IMG/VR virus record: IMGVR_UViG_3300036780_000209
Span: 102,499-166,498 of that record
Direction: 5' to 3' (one strand)
From: a virus
DNA length: 64,000 nt
In this document: one piece after another, positions 30,257 through 40,062 of the stretch
Layout: every line of letters begins with the position of its first letter
Numbering within the stretch: the stretch's first letter is position 1
Notes under the pieces: generated by a model
Databases searched by the model: none
What the model saw: the letters and a program-made list of their open reading frames with translations, nothing else
What the model was told of the DNA's origin: nothing
Position numbers and translations under genes: made by a program

Positions 30257-32398
30257 CTACCCCTTGTAATTGAGCACCTGGCTGAGTACATGCTGCACCC
30301 GGCAGAGGTCGGACTGAGCCTCCATCACCAGGTCAATGTCCTTGTAGGCCTGCGGGTGCTCGTCCACCAGGTCCTTCGCCCGGTCCTCGTTCCAGGTGCG
30401 GCCCGTCATCGCCTTCTTGAGGGAGCTGCCGGTCAGCTCCCGGCGGGCCTGGCCCCGGCTGAGGCGGCGGCCCGCACCGTGGCTGCACGACAGGTAGGAA
30501 GCAGTGTTAGCCAGGCCGCTGACAACATAGGAGCGCGTTCCCATCGAGCCCGGGATGATCCCCTCATCGCCTGCGCCGGCCTTGATCGCGCCCTTGCGGG
30601 TGATCCACAGCTCGCGGCCCAGGTGCTCCTCGCGCTGGGTGAAATTGTGGTGGCAGTTGATGGTGCGCACCACCTTGCCCTTGCCGACGACCTGGAACAG
30701 GGACTTCGTGAGCGCGCCGACCATCTGCTCGCGGGACGCCATGGCGTAGCGCTGAGCCCAGAGCATGTCATGGATGTAGGCGCTGAACTCGTCGGTGCCC
30801 TCGGCCAGGTAGGCCAGGTCCGGGTCCTCCAGGTGCACGAGCGTCTTCTTCATCACGCCCTTGGCGGCGTTGATGTGCATGGTGGCGAGCTGGTTGCCGA
30901 TGCCCCGGGATCCTGAGTGCAGCACGGTCCAGACGACATCGCGCTCGTCCAGGCAGACCTCGACGAAATGGTTGCCCGACCCGAGGGTTCCGAACTGGAC
31001 CTCTGCCGTGGCCCGCTGCTTGGGCGACAGCGAGGTAAACGGCAGGCCGATCGCATCATAGGCGGCGAAATGCGGGGCCACGGCGATGGTCCAGTGGTCC
31101 GGGTCGTGGCCCTTGCCCACTCCGGCCGGGATGCGCTGCTCGATCAGGGACATCAGCGTGCGCGTCTCCTTGCCGACCTTCACGCGCTGGGTGCCCAGGT
31201 CCGGCAGGTCGGCGGCGGTCAGGCTGGTCTCGCTGGCCACCATCCCGCAGTTGCCGGTCATGACGATATTGCCGCCACGGCGCATGACCCAGAAGCCTGA
31301 CGGGACCTTGAAGCAGTACGCCTTCCCATCCTCAGCCGGCACCATGGTAATCGGGGTCTTCGGGACGCCCGCCATGGAGACCATGGTCTTATCGTGCCGG
31401 AATACCCGGTAGTCCAGCTTCCCGTCTTCGTCTACGTCAGCACGGAGAACGGCCCGGCGACCGCAGGCGGTGAAGGCATAATGAATGAAGTCAGCAGATT
31501 CCTTGTCTCGCGTGTAGAAGCAACCCTCTACCACGTTCCCGTCCCAGTTCAGGCACTCATCAGTGACATGCATAAGCTGGTTCAGGTGAGCTGGCCAGAA
31601 GGACTCGTAGGATTTCGAGTACAGCGGTGGCCGGAAGCGGAAGGCAGTGACCTCATCCGCGCTCACGTTCTCGGTCCAGGAGATGCCAGCATTAGCCAGC
31701 AGCTTGCGGGCACGCTCGATCTTGCGCTCCTTCTTGAGGCGGACTACTGCTTTCCTGCCGCCGTCATCGAGATGCCCGTCAGCATTGACCATGACCTGAA
31801 CCCGGATCTCCTCAGCGGTGAGATCAATCTCGGTAGCAAGATCAGGAATAAAGGTGGTAGCGAAGCGAGCCTTGAAACCCTGCTTGAGACGGGCATGCTC
31901 GGCAGCGAAATGATCGGCGGTCATGGTGGTCATGACCGTGCGGCGATCCCGGCCGGTGACCTTCCAGCAGAGCACCCGGTGGTCTGCTGTGAGCACCTGG
32001 TCAATCCCGTACTTCGTCCGGAGACGATAGAACGACTCACATGGCTGCACGACGAACGCCTCGGGCTGGACGAAGCGACCCACCCCATACCCCGGCACGT
32101 ACTGCATCACCAGGCCGCCGTCATACTCGCTGATCTTGCGCCAGCCCGCAGGCGACAGGTACTCACTGTCCTTGTCTACACACCCGATGTCCACTCCGAC
32201 GGCAGCGGGAATGACCGCGCCCTCCGTGGGAATGACAGAGCCGACGGTCGCGCCGATGCCGACGTGGGCGTCGGGCATCAGGGCCACGTGCCCTGGCACG
32301 AACGGCATCCGGGAGGCCTTGGCCGCCTGGTCGATCGTTCCCTGCTCCATCAGCGGCCGGCCCCAGGCCAGCACCTTGTCTGCTGCCCGCTCAGGCAT
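30257..32398 (-). CDS. rtcB: RtcB RNA ligase with intein
   Basis: MPDAH.G.G, VGVDIG^CGM, GTLGSGNHF.E, HSGSRG.G, HHN, PGSMG, SHGAGR and DEHPQAYK. Start re-called at MPERAAD. Confidence 0.95.
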   Translation of the reverse strand: MPERAADKVLAWGRPLMEQGTIDQAAKASRMPFVPGHVALMPDAHVGIGATVGSVIPTEGAVIPAAVGVDIGCVDKDSEYLSPAGWRKISEYDGGLVMQYVPGYGVGRFVQPEAFVVQPCESFYRLRTKYGIDQVLTADHRVLCWKVTGRDRRTVMTTMTADHFAAEHARLKQGFKARFATTFIPDLATEIDLTAEEIRVQVMVNADGHLDDGGRKAVVRLKKERKIERARKLLANAGISWTENVSADEVTAFRFRPPLYSKSYESFWPAHLNQLMHVTDECLNWDGNVVEGCFYTRDKESADFIHYAFTACGRRAVLRADVDEDGKLDYRVFRHDKTMVSMAGVPKTPITMVPAEDGKAYCFKVPSGFWVMRRGGNIVMTGNCGMVASETSLTAADLPDLGTQRVKVGKETRTLMSLIEQRIPAGVGKGHDPDHWTIAVAPHFAAYDAIGLPFTSLSPKQRATAEVQFGTLGSGNHFVEVCLDERDVVWTVLHSGSRGIGNQLATMHINAAKGVMKKTLVHLEDPDLAYLAEGTDEFSAYIHDMLWAQRYAMASREQMVGALTKSLFQVVGKGKVVRTINCHHNFTQREEHLGRELWITRKGAIKAGAGDEGIIPGSMGTRSYVVSGLANTASYLSCSHGAGRRLSRGQARRELTGSSLKKAMTGRTWNEDRAKDLVDEHPQAYKDIDLVMEAQSDLCRVQHVLSQVLNYKG
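31250..32182 (-). mobile_element. 311-aa intein in RtcB
   Basis: Begins CVDKDSEYL, has block B VLTADHRVL and a LAGLIDADG-like VMVNADG, and ends MTGN/C at the VDIG|CGM site. Confidence 0.92.
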
Positions 32399-32468
32399 CA
32401 GTACCACCTCGTCTCTGATTACAAGGTATCTTATCAAGCAACTCGTTATCTTCGAAGAAAGGATCACC

Positions 32469-32705
32469 GTGAAGAAGATCATCAAGGGCATCGGCTCACT
32501 CGGGCTCACCGCCGCGTCGGCCCTGCTCGCGGGTGCCTGCTACGAGCACGGACGGAAGATCGGCAAGGGGGAGGCCAAGTTCTCTCCCGAGGCACTCGGC
32601 TCCACCGCCCACGGCTTCATGACCAAGGTGGTCATGAAGGTCGTGGAGCAGCGGGCCAGGCTCGCAGCCGAGCAGGCCGCAGCCAAGGCCAAGTCCAGGG
32701 GCTGA
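32469..32705 (+). CDS. Hypothetical protein
   Basis: AAAGGA RBS and GTG start, divergent from rtcB and followed by a terminator. Confidence 0.55.
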   Translation: MKKIIKGIGSLGLTAASALLAGACYEHGRKIGKGEAKFSPEALGSTAHGFMTKVVMKVVEQRARLAAEQAAAKAKSRG

Positions 32706-32715
32706 CGCAAGCGGA

Positions 32716-32751
32716 AGAGCCCGGCCCGCCGCGAGGGGAGCCGGGCTCTTT
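32716..32751. terminator. Bidirectional-type stem-loop
   Basis: AGAGCCCGGC/GCCGGGCTCT followed by TTT, between convergent genes. Confidence 0.6.
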
Positions 32752-32841
32752 CACGTCCGGCGGCAGCCGCAGTTCGTGCAGGCCACGCAGCTACCCGGAT
32801 TGGTGGTGTAGCAGACCGTGCACGTCCAGCGGGGCTCGTCG

Positions 32842-32985
32842 TCAGTGCTGGTGCTGGTTGCGGCCACGGTGACGGCCGACGAAGAAGCCGGCGGCCCCGC
32901 CCACGCCGAGCGTGATGACGGCCGGGACGATAAAGATCGCCTCGATGACGTGGCGGACAACGTGGTGCACGGCGATAACGCCCAT
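32842..32985 (-). CDS. Small membrane protein (47 aa)
   Basis: AAGGA RBS. Translation MGVIAVHH...AIFIVPAVITLGVGGAAGFFVG. Confidence 0.5.
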   Translation of the reverse strand: MGVIAVHHVVRHVIEAIFIVPAVITLGVGGAAGFFVGRHRGRNQHQH

Positions 32986-33069
32986 GGATTGGTTCCTTCC
33001 CTCGGGAGATGATTAGCGCTCAGGAAGGAATCATAGCAGGGATATAAGGATCCTTGCAATCCCCCTGGG

Positions 33070-33144
33070 TCACACGCGCCTGGAGATGAAGACGATCAGG
33101 AGGGTGACCACGATGAGGACAACGGTTCCGATGCCGATGTACAT
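33070..33144 (-). CDS. 24-aa single-helix membrane peptide
   Basis: GAGG RBS. Translation MYIGIGTVVLIVVTLLIVFISRRV*. Confidence 0.5.
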   Translation of the reverse strand: MYIGIGTVVLIVVTLLIVFISRRV

Positions 33145-33153
33145 GGCCTCACC

Positions 33154-34053
33154 CTAGTACCAACGCGCCCACATCCTCGGCCGGGCGGCGACCGAGCCCG
33201 CGATCCGGGTCGGGGCGTACCGGCCGTAGGTGCCACCCGAGACCAGCACTCTCGGGTTGCCCAGTCCCATGTGGCGGATCTTGAAGGTGTCGAGCATGGA
33301 TTTCAGCTCGGCCTGCTCATCCCGGAGCACGTCCCGCCAGCGATCCGCGTAATCCCGGCGGTCCAGCCGGGTGATGCCCGCGCCCACCAGGTTCGGCTGC
33401 TCGGCATAGCCCCGGATGAGGTGCTTGACCGCCTCGCAGTAGGTATAGCTGGCCAGCAGCCCGCCCCACAGCGTGACCGGGAACTCCGGCCCCGATGATC
33501 CGTCCGTGGTGTAGTTGGACCATGGCTGGGCGACGGAGTTGATCTTGCTGATGGAGATCTGCAGGAGCTGGGCCATCCGGCCCCGGGACCAGTGCGCCTG
33601 GAAGTAGGTCTGCAGGTTCGGGCCGCCGTCGGGGGAATCGAACAGGTCGGCGAACCGGACCCACACCTGGGACTCCATGAAGTCCCGGATGTCCAGCGGC
33701 AGCGCGTCGTAATTAGGGTTGGCCTGGCCGATCGTCAGGTACGTGGCGTACTGCTGCGGCTGGGACATGACGGCGTAGGACCACACCAGCTCGGCCTGGG
33801 ACGGCACCGCCGTGTCCGCCGAGCTGGGCGTCACCTGGTAGACGCCGGCCGACTCCCGGACTGCCGAGTAGGAGTTGACGGCCTGGACCGTGCCGTCGGC
33901 GTTCTGCAGGAGGAGCTGCGCGCTGACCGAGGACCCGTCCGGGTCAGCGGGCACCCCGCCGATGTAGACCGCCAGGGACAGGGGCGTCAGCGAGAACTGG
34001 CTGACGTACTCCCTGTCCCGCCAGTCGATGAGGTCCCCGCTAGCGACTGCCAT
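33154..34053 (-). CDS. Head-tail connector/neck protein
   Basis: 299-aa ORF in the head-neck block. Confidence 0.6.
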   Translation of the reverse strand: MAVASGDLIDWRDREYVSQFSLTPLSLAVYIGGVPADPDGSSVSAQLLLQNADGTVQAVNSYSAVRESAGVYQVTPSSADTAVPSQAELVWSYAVMSQPQQYATYLTIGQANPNYDALPLDIRDFMESQVWVRFADLFDSPDGGPNLQTYFQAHWSRGRMAQLLQISISKINSVAQPWSNYTTDGSSGPEFPVTLWGGLLASYTYCEAVKHLIRGYAEQPNLVGAGITRLDRRDYADRWRDVLRDEQAELKSMLDTFKIRHMGLGNPRVLVSGGTYGRYAPTRIAGSVAARPRMWARWY

Positions 34054-34060
34054 CTCGTCC

Positions 34061-34717
34061 TCACAGCGAGTTGGTACCCGAGTACAGCGCGATGAAGGCC
34101 AGGATCTTGACGCCGTACAGGGTCACCGGGGTCGGGTAGCTGTTGCTCATGTCCACCTTGATGCCCACGGTATGCGTCCCGGCCGCCAGGGTGGGGACGA
34201 TGGCGAGCGAGGTGACCTCCTGGCCCGCCGTGTTGCCCGAGTCGTTCAGGTTGCCGGTGAACCTGATCTGCTCCCGGTGGCCCATGATGAACGAAGTGCC
34301 GTCCACCAGGACCGACTGGTACAGGTCCTGGCTCTGCTCGTTGTTGCAGAGGTAGTTGGCGCTCATGATGACCGCCAGGGAACTGGCCCTCGGCGTGGTC
34401 AGGTTCAGGATCGTGAATGTCGGCGAGGTGTTCTTCGCCATGGCCGTGTTCAGCAGGCTGCTCGCCGAGAAGACCGGGGAGCTGTCGCGCAGGTCCTGCC
34501 AGCTCGTCCCGTTCCAGTAGCTGAGCTGCTTGAGGTCGCTCATGAAGATCAGCATGCCGGCCTGGCCGGTGCTGAGGCTGGGCCGGGTGGAGGAGGTGCA
34601 GATGTTGATCCCGGGCGAGGCGTCGATCAGGCTCCAGTTCGCGACGAAGTCGCTGAGCAGGAACGGGTCGGTCTGGGAATTGAGCTTGAGTCCCAGGTAA
34701 TTGCTGAATGTCGCCAA
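34061..34717 (-). CDS. Virion fibre-type protein
   Basis: LGLKL...NWSLID...STRP...G.LIF.SD..LSYWNGTSW. Confidence 0.6.
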   Translation of the reverse strand: MATFSNYLGLKLNSQTDPFLLSDFVANWSLIDASPGINICTSSTRPSLSTGQAGMLIFMSDLKQLSYWNGTSWQDLRDSSPVFSASSLLNTAMAKNTSPTFTILNLTTPRASSLAVIMSANYLCNNEQSQDLYQSVLVDGTSFIMGHREQIRFTGNLNDSGNTAGQEVTSLAIVPTLAAGTHTVGIKVDMSNSYPTPVTLYGVKILAFIALYSGTNSL

Positions 34718-34730
34718 GGCTCAGTTTCCT

Positions 34731-37313
34731 TTACCCGCCGAGCCCGGTGCCAGCCCGGACGGTGCCGTCCGGACGGTAGACCGGGTTGATGGTGTTCGCC
34801 GGGTCCAGGCCGGTGAGCGTGGTAGTGGTGCCCTGGCTCCCGGGCTGCGGCGCGTTGAAGTTCAGCGGCACCGCGTAGTCCGAGAACGCGGAGGGAGCCG
34901 ACAGGCCCGCCCGGTTCCCTGCCGAGACCGAGAACCGGTAGCCGGTAAAGCCGGAGGTGGTGCCGTTCGGCTTGTAGATCACCGGGTAGTTCTCGTACAT
35001 GCCCTGGGTGAAGACGCTGCCCAGGACGGTGCCGTACTGGTAGTACACCGTCAGCGAGTCACTCGCGCCCGTGCCTGCCGAGCCCGGGTTCACCCGGGTG
35101 ATGACGTAAGTCGCGACCGGCCCGGTGCCCGTCTGGCTGACGGTGTAATCGGTGCCGTAGGCCAGCGAGCGGCTGACGGTCGAGTCCCACACGATCAGGC
35201 TGGCCGCCGGGGTGAGGACCCCGGTGTGGCTCAGCGTCGCCGAGCCCGAGGACCAGGTGACGGAGTCAGCGGCGTTCGTCAGGCTGGAAGCTCCCCAGGT
35301 GCTGTAGGAGTAGCTCACCACGATGGTGTCGCCGTTGGCCGAGTTGACCGAGTTGGCCACCCGCTGCACCTGGTAGGTGGCGTACGGTCCCTGGCCGGAC
35401 TGGGTGACGGTGTAGTCCACCCCGTAGATCAGGACCTGGGAGTCAGCCTGCAGCGGGTCTCCCATGGTGCCCGGGCTGATGTATCCCGAGGACGGGATGG
35501 TGTACGCCGACGAGGTGAGGTCCCTGACGATGACCGCCTGCGTCGGGGTGATGACCCCGGCCCTGGTCAGGGTCACCGGCACCGAGGAGCTGAACCCGCC
35601 CGTGAAGGTGTCGCTCTGGTACAGCGGCTGCCCGGCCTGCTGGCCGGCTCCGGACGGCCCGGTAGCCGCCTGGCCGGTGAACATGAGCTGGCCGGTCTGC
35701 GGCACCCACTGGGTTCCCAGGGTGTTCGACTGGATCCAGTAGTAGTCCACGTTCGCGCTGCTGGCGGGCGGGGCGGTCCACGGGACGAAGATGCCCCGGT
35801 TGACCGCGACGACCGGGCCCGACGTGAAGTAGGCCGCGTTGCCGAAGCTGTAGGTCACCGTGGCCGAGTCGCCGTCGGTGCTGCTCGCGCTGGAGTTGAT
35901 CCGGGTGACCGTGTAAGTAAGGCTGGACCCCGAGCCGCTGGTGGTCAGGAAGTAGTCCGTGTTCATCACCAGGGTCTTCGCGCTGGTGGTGTCCTGGACG
36001 ATGACCTGCGCGGGCGGCGTGGTGATGCCGGTCTTCGAGAGTGCCTGGGCCGCGCTGTGGTTCAGCGTGATCACGTCAACCTGGAGGGTGCTGCTGCCCA
36101 CCGTGGGAGCCGTCGGCGGGGTGGCCGGGACGTTGGAGTCCCAGTAGGCCGCGTCCCCGTAGCTGTAGGCCGCCGAGAGGTTGTCGCCCGTGGTGTAGTG
36201 GGTGCCGGCCACCGGCTGGATGTAGGCCGCCGCCAGCTCGCCGATCCCCTGCGAGGTCACGGTGTAGTCGGTGGTCAGCGTCAGCACGGTGCTGGTGGTC
36301 GTGTCGGTCACGATGATGGTGGCCGGGAGGATCCCGAGCTGGCTCATGTAGTACTTCGTGCCGGTGCTGGTGGAGGCGAAGGCGTCGGCCTGCGCCAGCA
36401 GGGAGGTCGGGGCGGCCGGGGCTCCGAAGTAGCTGGTGTCCACGTTCGAGGTGACGTTGCCCGCGCTGCCCAGGATGGGGTTCGAGCTGATCTGGTTGCC
36501 CAGGATGTCGGTGAGCGTGGTGTCCTTGGACCCTGCCGCGATGCCCGCGATCGGGGACCGGTACCCGGGCGGGGTGCCGTCCGCGTGGACCGCGCCGCCG
36601 CCGATCGTGGTGTCCAGGCCGCCCGGGTCAGCGGCCGAGCCGATCAGGCCTTGCGGGGTCTGGGTTCCGAGGACGGGAGCATAGGCGGACGGCAGGCCGC
36701 CGCCGTACACGGGGTTGGTGTCAGGCGATCCTGAGGGCCACCCGTACTGAGTCGGCTCGACCTGGGTCACCTTGTACTCGGATCCCGGAGAGCCGGTCTC
36801 AGAGCTGCTCTGGGAGCCCGCTGCGGGGTCCGTGACCGAGCCGCCCGGCAGGGCCGCGCCGATGCCGGCGACGGAGGTGCCGGTCGTGTCGGCCTGGGCT
36901 GCCTGGAAGGCGATCCCGGTCGGCGCGGTACCCGCGATGCCCGTGGCTGACAGCGGGTTCTCGGGGTAGGCCGGGCCGGGGACCGTGCCGTAGCTGTAGG
37001 CGACCGTGCAGGTGTCGCCGTTCGAGCTGGCGCTGCTGGTCGAGATCCGCGTGACCGAGTAGGTCAGGGTCGCCCCGGCCCCGGACGCGGTCAGGGTGTA
37101 GTCGGTGTTGAGCACCAGGGGATTGCCGCTGGTGGTGTCCTTCACCACGATGACGTTCGTCGTCGGGGTCGCCCCGGCCTGCTGGAAGGCCGGGTAGGAG
37201 ATGATGGCGGCCTTGCTCAGCGGGGCCGGGGTGACGCTGCTGAGCGTGATCGTGTCTACCTGGTAGACGTAACCCTCGGCGACCGGGCTGGTGCCGATGT
37301 TCTCGATGCTCAC
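34731..37313 (-). CDS. Large virion protein with internal repeats and fibronectin-III-like segments
   Basis: Five 'V.D.T....L..(T)DY.VT..G.G...Y..TR...S..GD...V.Y.YG' repeats and YRFSVSAGNRAGLSAPS. Confidence 0.75.
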   Translation of the reverse strand: MSIENIGTSPVAEGYVYQVDTITLSSVTPAPLSKAAIISYPAFQQAGATPTTNVIVVKDTTSGNPLVLNTDYTLTASGAGATLTYSVTRISTSSASSNGDTCTVAYSYGTVPGPAYPENPLSATGIAGTAPTGIAFQAAQADTTGTSVAGIGAALPGGSVTDPAAGSQSSSETGSPGSEYKVTQVEPTQYGWPSGSPDTNPVYGGGLPSAYAPVLGTQTPQGLIGSAADPGGLDTTIGGGAVHADGTPPGYRSPIAGIAAGSKDTTLTDILGNQISSNPILGSAGNVTSNVDTSYFGAPAAPTSLLAQADAFASTSTGTKYYMSQLGILPATIIVTDTTTSTVLTLTTDYTVTSQGIGELAAAYIQPVAGTHYTTGDNLSAAYSYGDAAYWDSNVPATPPTAPTVGSSTLQVDVITLNHSAAQALSKTGITTPPAQVIVQDTTSAKTLVMNTDYFLTTSGSGSSLTYTVTRINSSASSTDGDSATVTYSFGNAAYFTSGPVVAVNRGIFVPWTAPPASSANVDYYWIQSNTLGTQWVPQTGQLMFTGQAATGPSGAGQQAGQPLYQSDTFTGGFSSSVPVTLTRAGVITPTQAVIVRDLTSSAYTIPSSGYISPGTMGDPLQADSQVLIYGVDYTVTQSGQGPYATYQVQRVANSVNSANGDTIVVSYSYSTWGASSLTNAADSVTWSSGSATLSHTGVLTPAASLIVWDSTVSRSLAYGTDYTVSQTGTGPVATYVITRVNPGSAGTGASDSLTVYYQYGTVLGSVFTQGMYENYPVIYKPNGTTSGFTGYRFSVSAGNRAGLSAPSAFSDYAVPLNFNAPQPGSQGTTTTLTGLDPANTINPVYRPDGTVRAGTGLGG

Positions 37314-37735
37314 CCTGCGCTCCTGTCGTGCTGATGCTCTTCGACCTCAAGAACCGGGCCGAGGCTCGCGCCGTGGTTCATCCAGCCCTGGACGGCGTCG
37401 CGGCGGCTGACCGCCCCGGTCACCATGTTCACCTCGAACCCCTCGGCCCTCAGGTCGCTGTGGGCTCGCTCGGCGGCAGCGGTGATCCGCTGCCGGTCGC
37501 CCTCCGGGTCGCCCCGGTTGACGGTCAGGCCCGGACTCGTCTGGACCAGGTTCGGCGGGACGGCATCGTCGGCCGCGTCCATGGCCCGCAGCGCCCAGGC
37601 CAGGTCCGTCGCCTTCGCCACGTTGAACGCAGCCGCGACGCCCTCGATATGGGCATGCGGCGCGTCGAAGCCCGCCGTGTCGGTGGTGTCGTAGTACCCC
37701 GTCAGGGCGGCGGCGTCCGGGCCTGGCCTGGTCAT
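37310..37735 (-). CDS. Hypothetical protein
   Basis: Start at MTRPG after GAGGA. Confidence 0.55.
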   Translation of the reverse strand: MTRPGPDAAALTGYYDTTDTAGFDAPHAHIEGVAAAFNVAKATDLAWALRAMDAADDAVPPNLVQTSPGLTVNRGDPEGDRQRITAAAERAHSDLRAEGFEVNMVTGAVSRRDAVQGWMNHGASLGPVLEVEEHQHDRSAG

Positions 37736-37737
37736 CG

Positions 37738-38238
37738 TCAGTCCTCTTCCAGCATCCACGGGCCGGTACCGCGCCTGACGCACTGCGCGGCCAGGCCGGC
37801 ATGGCGGGCGCAGAGCGGCGGGTTGAGGACCGCCTCCCGCTGGCGGACGGGGACTTCCTCCCCGCAGATCGCGCCGGGCCGGGAGCCAGGGCCGATGCAG
37901 TTGATGACGATCATGTCGTTGTCGGCCGGCGCTTCCAGGGTGGCCATGGCCGAGTCCTTGTCCTGCTTCGCCCGACGCCAGAACGCGTCATTCTGGCGGG
38001 TGAGCGCTTCCCGGACCGCCTCGTTCTCCTCACCCTCGATCACCTCGAAGATCCCCTGGGAGATGGCCTTCGCGAATGCCGGGGTCCTGACGATCTCCTC
38101 CGGGATGAGCTGGATGTCCCCGCCGTCGGGGTCGTCGGCTCCCTCGAAGCGCACTTCATAGGTGCTCTTCGGGTCGCTGGCGATGACGGTAGGACCGCCC
38201 ATGCGGTTACGGCAGCGCACTGGCGCGGCGACGGTCAC
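37738..38238 (-). CDS. Capsid-region protein with C-terminal Zn-binding motif
   Basis: AAGGAGG RBS and GTG start. Contains CIGP...C...PPLCARH. Confidence 0.65.
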   Translation of the reverse strand: MTVAAPVRCRNRMGGPTVIASDPKSTYEVRFEGADDPDGGDIQLIPEEIVRTPAFAKAISQGIFEVIEGEENEAVREALTRQNDAFWRRAKQDKDSAMATLEAPADNDMIVINCIGPGSRPGAICGEEVPVRQREAVLNPPLCARHAGLAAQCVRRGTGPWMLEED

Positions 38239-38294
38239 GATGGCCTCCTTGCTGCTCCTTCCCGGGGTCTCGCGGACGCCGGGCAGGGGACGGG

Positions 38295-38624
38295 TCAGTT
38301 CAGGATGAGGTAGCCGATCACCGAGGTCTCGGTGGCCGAGGTCGAGCTGAACGTGATGGAGGTCCCGGGGATGACGGTCACGGTGACGGTGCCCGTGGTG
38401 CCGCCCGCCGTGATGCGGGAGTGCAGCGGGACCGAGTTCGCCGTCAGGCTGGTGTCGTTGACCGTGACGGTGCCCGCCACCAGGGTGGCGGTACCCCAGG
38501 TGAGACCCGGGATGCCGTCGAGCTGGGTCACGATCTGAGTGAGCATGTCGGCGATGTTGTTGTGATCGCCGAGGTGCCCGGTCTCCCCGGCAGCACGGGT
38601 GTCGGGGGGGATGACAGCAGCCAC
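38295..38624 (-). CDS. Small virion fibre-type protein
   Basis: AAGGAGG RBS. Contains GHLGDHNNI and GTATLVAGTVTV...SSTSATETSVI. Confidence 0.65.
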   Translation of the reverse strand: MAAVIPPDTRAAGETGHLGDHNNIADMLTQIVTQLDGIPGLTWGTATLVAGTVTVNDTSLTANSVPLHSRITAGGTTGTVTVTVIPGTSITFSSTSATETSVIGYLILN

Positions 38625-38771
38625 GGATTGCCTCCTTCCCACCTTCCGGGGGACCGGAGGGGGAGGAGCAGTAAAAGCTGATGGCCCTCGTGCCGGCCGC
38701 TGCGCCTCCGGGGCGCTTGGCGAGCACGAGGGCCAGAGCAGTTCACTCCGCAGCGGAAACGAGAAGCCGGG

Positions 38772-38843
38772 AGACCCCTAGCGGATTCGAACCGCTGTGA
38801 CTGACTTTGCAGGCCAGCACCTAAACCACTCGGCCAAGGGGCC
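38772..38843 (-). tRNA. tRNA-Cys(GCA)
   Basis: Cloverleaf, loop CT GCA AA, T-loop TTCGAAT. Confidence 0.9.
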
Positions 38844-38966
38844 GCAAAGGAGACCAGGCAGTGTAAGAGCCCCGTCTGAGGGGGATGGCTTACCTGATCT
38901 CCAGCGAGACGCCGGATGCACCTTATCCTCCGGAGCGACCAGGGTGTGAGGCTACTCATCTCGCCG

Positions 38967-39039
38967 TGAGCCTGGAGGGAATCGAACCCCCGGCAATCTC
39001 TTTAGGAAAGAGGCACTCTATCCCCTGAGTTACAGGCCC
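38967..39039 (-). tRNA. tRNA-Arg(CCT)
   Basis: Cloverleaf, loop TT CCT AA. Confidence 0.88.
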
Positions 39040-39164
39040 GTGAGCCGGTTGGGTAGGGACCGGCAGCCCCCTGGCCTCGCCGTGTTTAGATCACGCCACT
39101 GACCGGCAAGCCGGGGATGGCGATCGGAGAGAGTCCCTCAGGCCAGTGGAACCCTATCTCCCCG

Positions 39165-39237
39165 CGCTCTCAGAGGGACTCGAACCCCCGACCCGCAGCT
39201 TCGGAAGCTGCCGCTCTATCCGCTGAGCTATAAGAGC
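39165..39237 (-). tRNA. tRNA-Arg(CCG)
   Basis: Cloverleaf, loop TT CCG AA. Confidence 0.92.
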
Positions 39238-39383
39238 ATGCTGTGCCGGCCTCACCCTCTAGCCGGCCCGGGGACCCTGCCCATGACCGCGTCCCTACTT
39301 TGCTCGGAGGGGCCGTTCCGGACCATAGCTACCCTCAGTGAACGAAGCACCGACTCTCATCGGTGCCCGGCCGGTTCACGCAG

Positions 39384-39457
39384 TGCTCTTAGCCGGATTC
39401 GAACCAGCCGCCTGCACCTTCGCAAGGTGCTGCTCTATCCTGCTGAGCTATAAGAGC
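39384..39457 (-). tRNA. tRNA-Arg(GCG)
   Basis: Cloverleaf, stem GCACC/GGTGC, loop TT GCG AA. Confidence 0.88.
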
Positions 39458-39523
39458 AAAGACCCGGGATTCGGAGAACCTTGAGGAGGCGTTTCTTCCT
39501 CCTGCGCGCCGCCGGGACAGCGC

Positions 39524-39606
39524 TGGTGCCAGGCGAGGGACTCGAACCCCCGTACCCGTAGGACGTGATTTACAGTCACGCGCGATTGCCGCTCTGCCAG
39601 CCTGGC
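39524..39606 (-). tRNA. tRNA-Tyr(GTA)
   Basis: Long variable arm, loop CT GTA AA, encoded CCA. Confidence 0.92.
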
Positions 39607-39607
39607 A

Positions 39608-39683
39608 TGGGGTCCCCGGCGGGATTCGAACCCGCGAATACCAGGCTCACAACCTGGTCCCGAATGCCACCTGGTTCGGGGAC
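39608..39683 (-). tRNA. tRNA-His(GTG)
   Basis: Loop TT GTG AG, C73, encoded CCA. Confidence 0.88.
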
Positions 39684-39685
39684 AG

Positions 39686-39759
39686 TAGGCGATGCAGGGA
39701 TCGAACCTGCGGCCTCCGCTGTGTGAAAGCGGCGCTCTTCCGACTGAGACTAATCGCCC
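39686..39759 (-). tRNA. tRNA-Val(CAC)
   Basis: Loop TT CAC AC. Confidence 0.9.
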
Positions 39760-39852
39760 ATGTGACACGAGCAGGAATTGTCTGCACATTCCACCTGCAT
39801 CAGCCTTAAGTCCGTGCAGGGACTTTCAGGTTGCGGATGCCGTGTCTCATCC

Positions 39853-39927
39853 TGGTACTCCCAGAGGGATTCGAACCCCCATTAACAGGTCCGTAACCTG
39901 TCGTGATATCCGTTTCACTATAGGAGC
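39853..39927 (-). tRNA. tRNA-Arg(ACG)
   Basis: Loop TT ACG GA, encoded CCA. Confidence 0.9.
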
Positions 39928-39985
39928 ATGCGCACCTGATGGCCGGGCGGTGCCCTCCCGATGCGGGGTCGGTCAAACCCTGCCG

Positions 39986-40059
39986 TGGACCTACCTGGGC
40001 TCGAACCAGGGACCTCTGCCGCGTCGAGGCAGCGCTCTTCCAATCTGAGCTACAAGTCC
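39986..40059 (-). tRNA. tRNA-Val(GAC)
   Basis: Stem CTGCC/GGCAG, loop TC GAC GC (C at position 33). Confidence 0.8.
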
Positions 40060-40062
40060 AGT

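Noticed and set aside
34701-36734. Long plus-strand ORFs opposite structural genes (also 23115-24779, 7246-8580, 1126-2391)
   Set aside because: These are shadow frames of high-GC3 genes with no motifs, unlike the HNH at 60976-61485.
39240-39270. 16S h12-like hairpin GCCGGC-UAGAGGGUGAG-GCCGGC
   Set aside because: The 9-nt loop match is too short to separate from chance.
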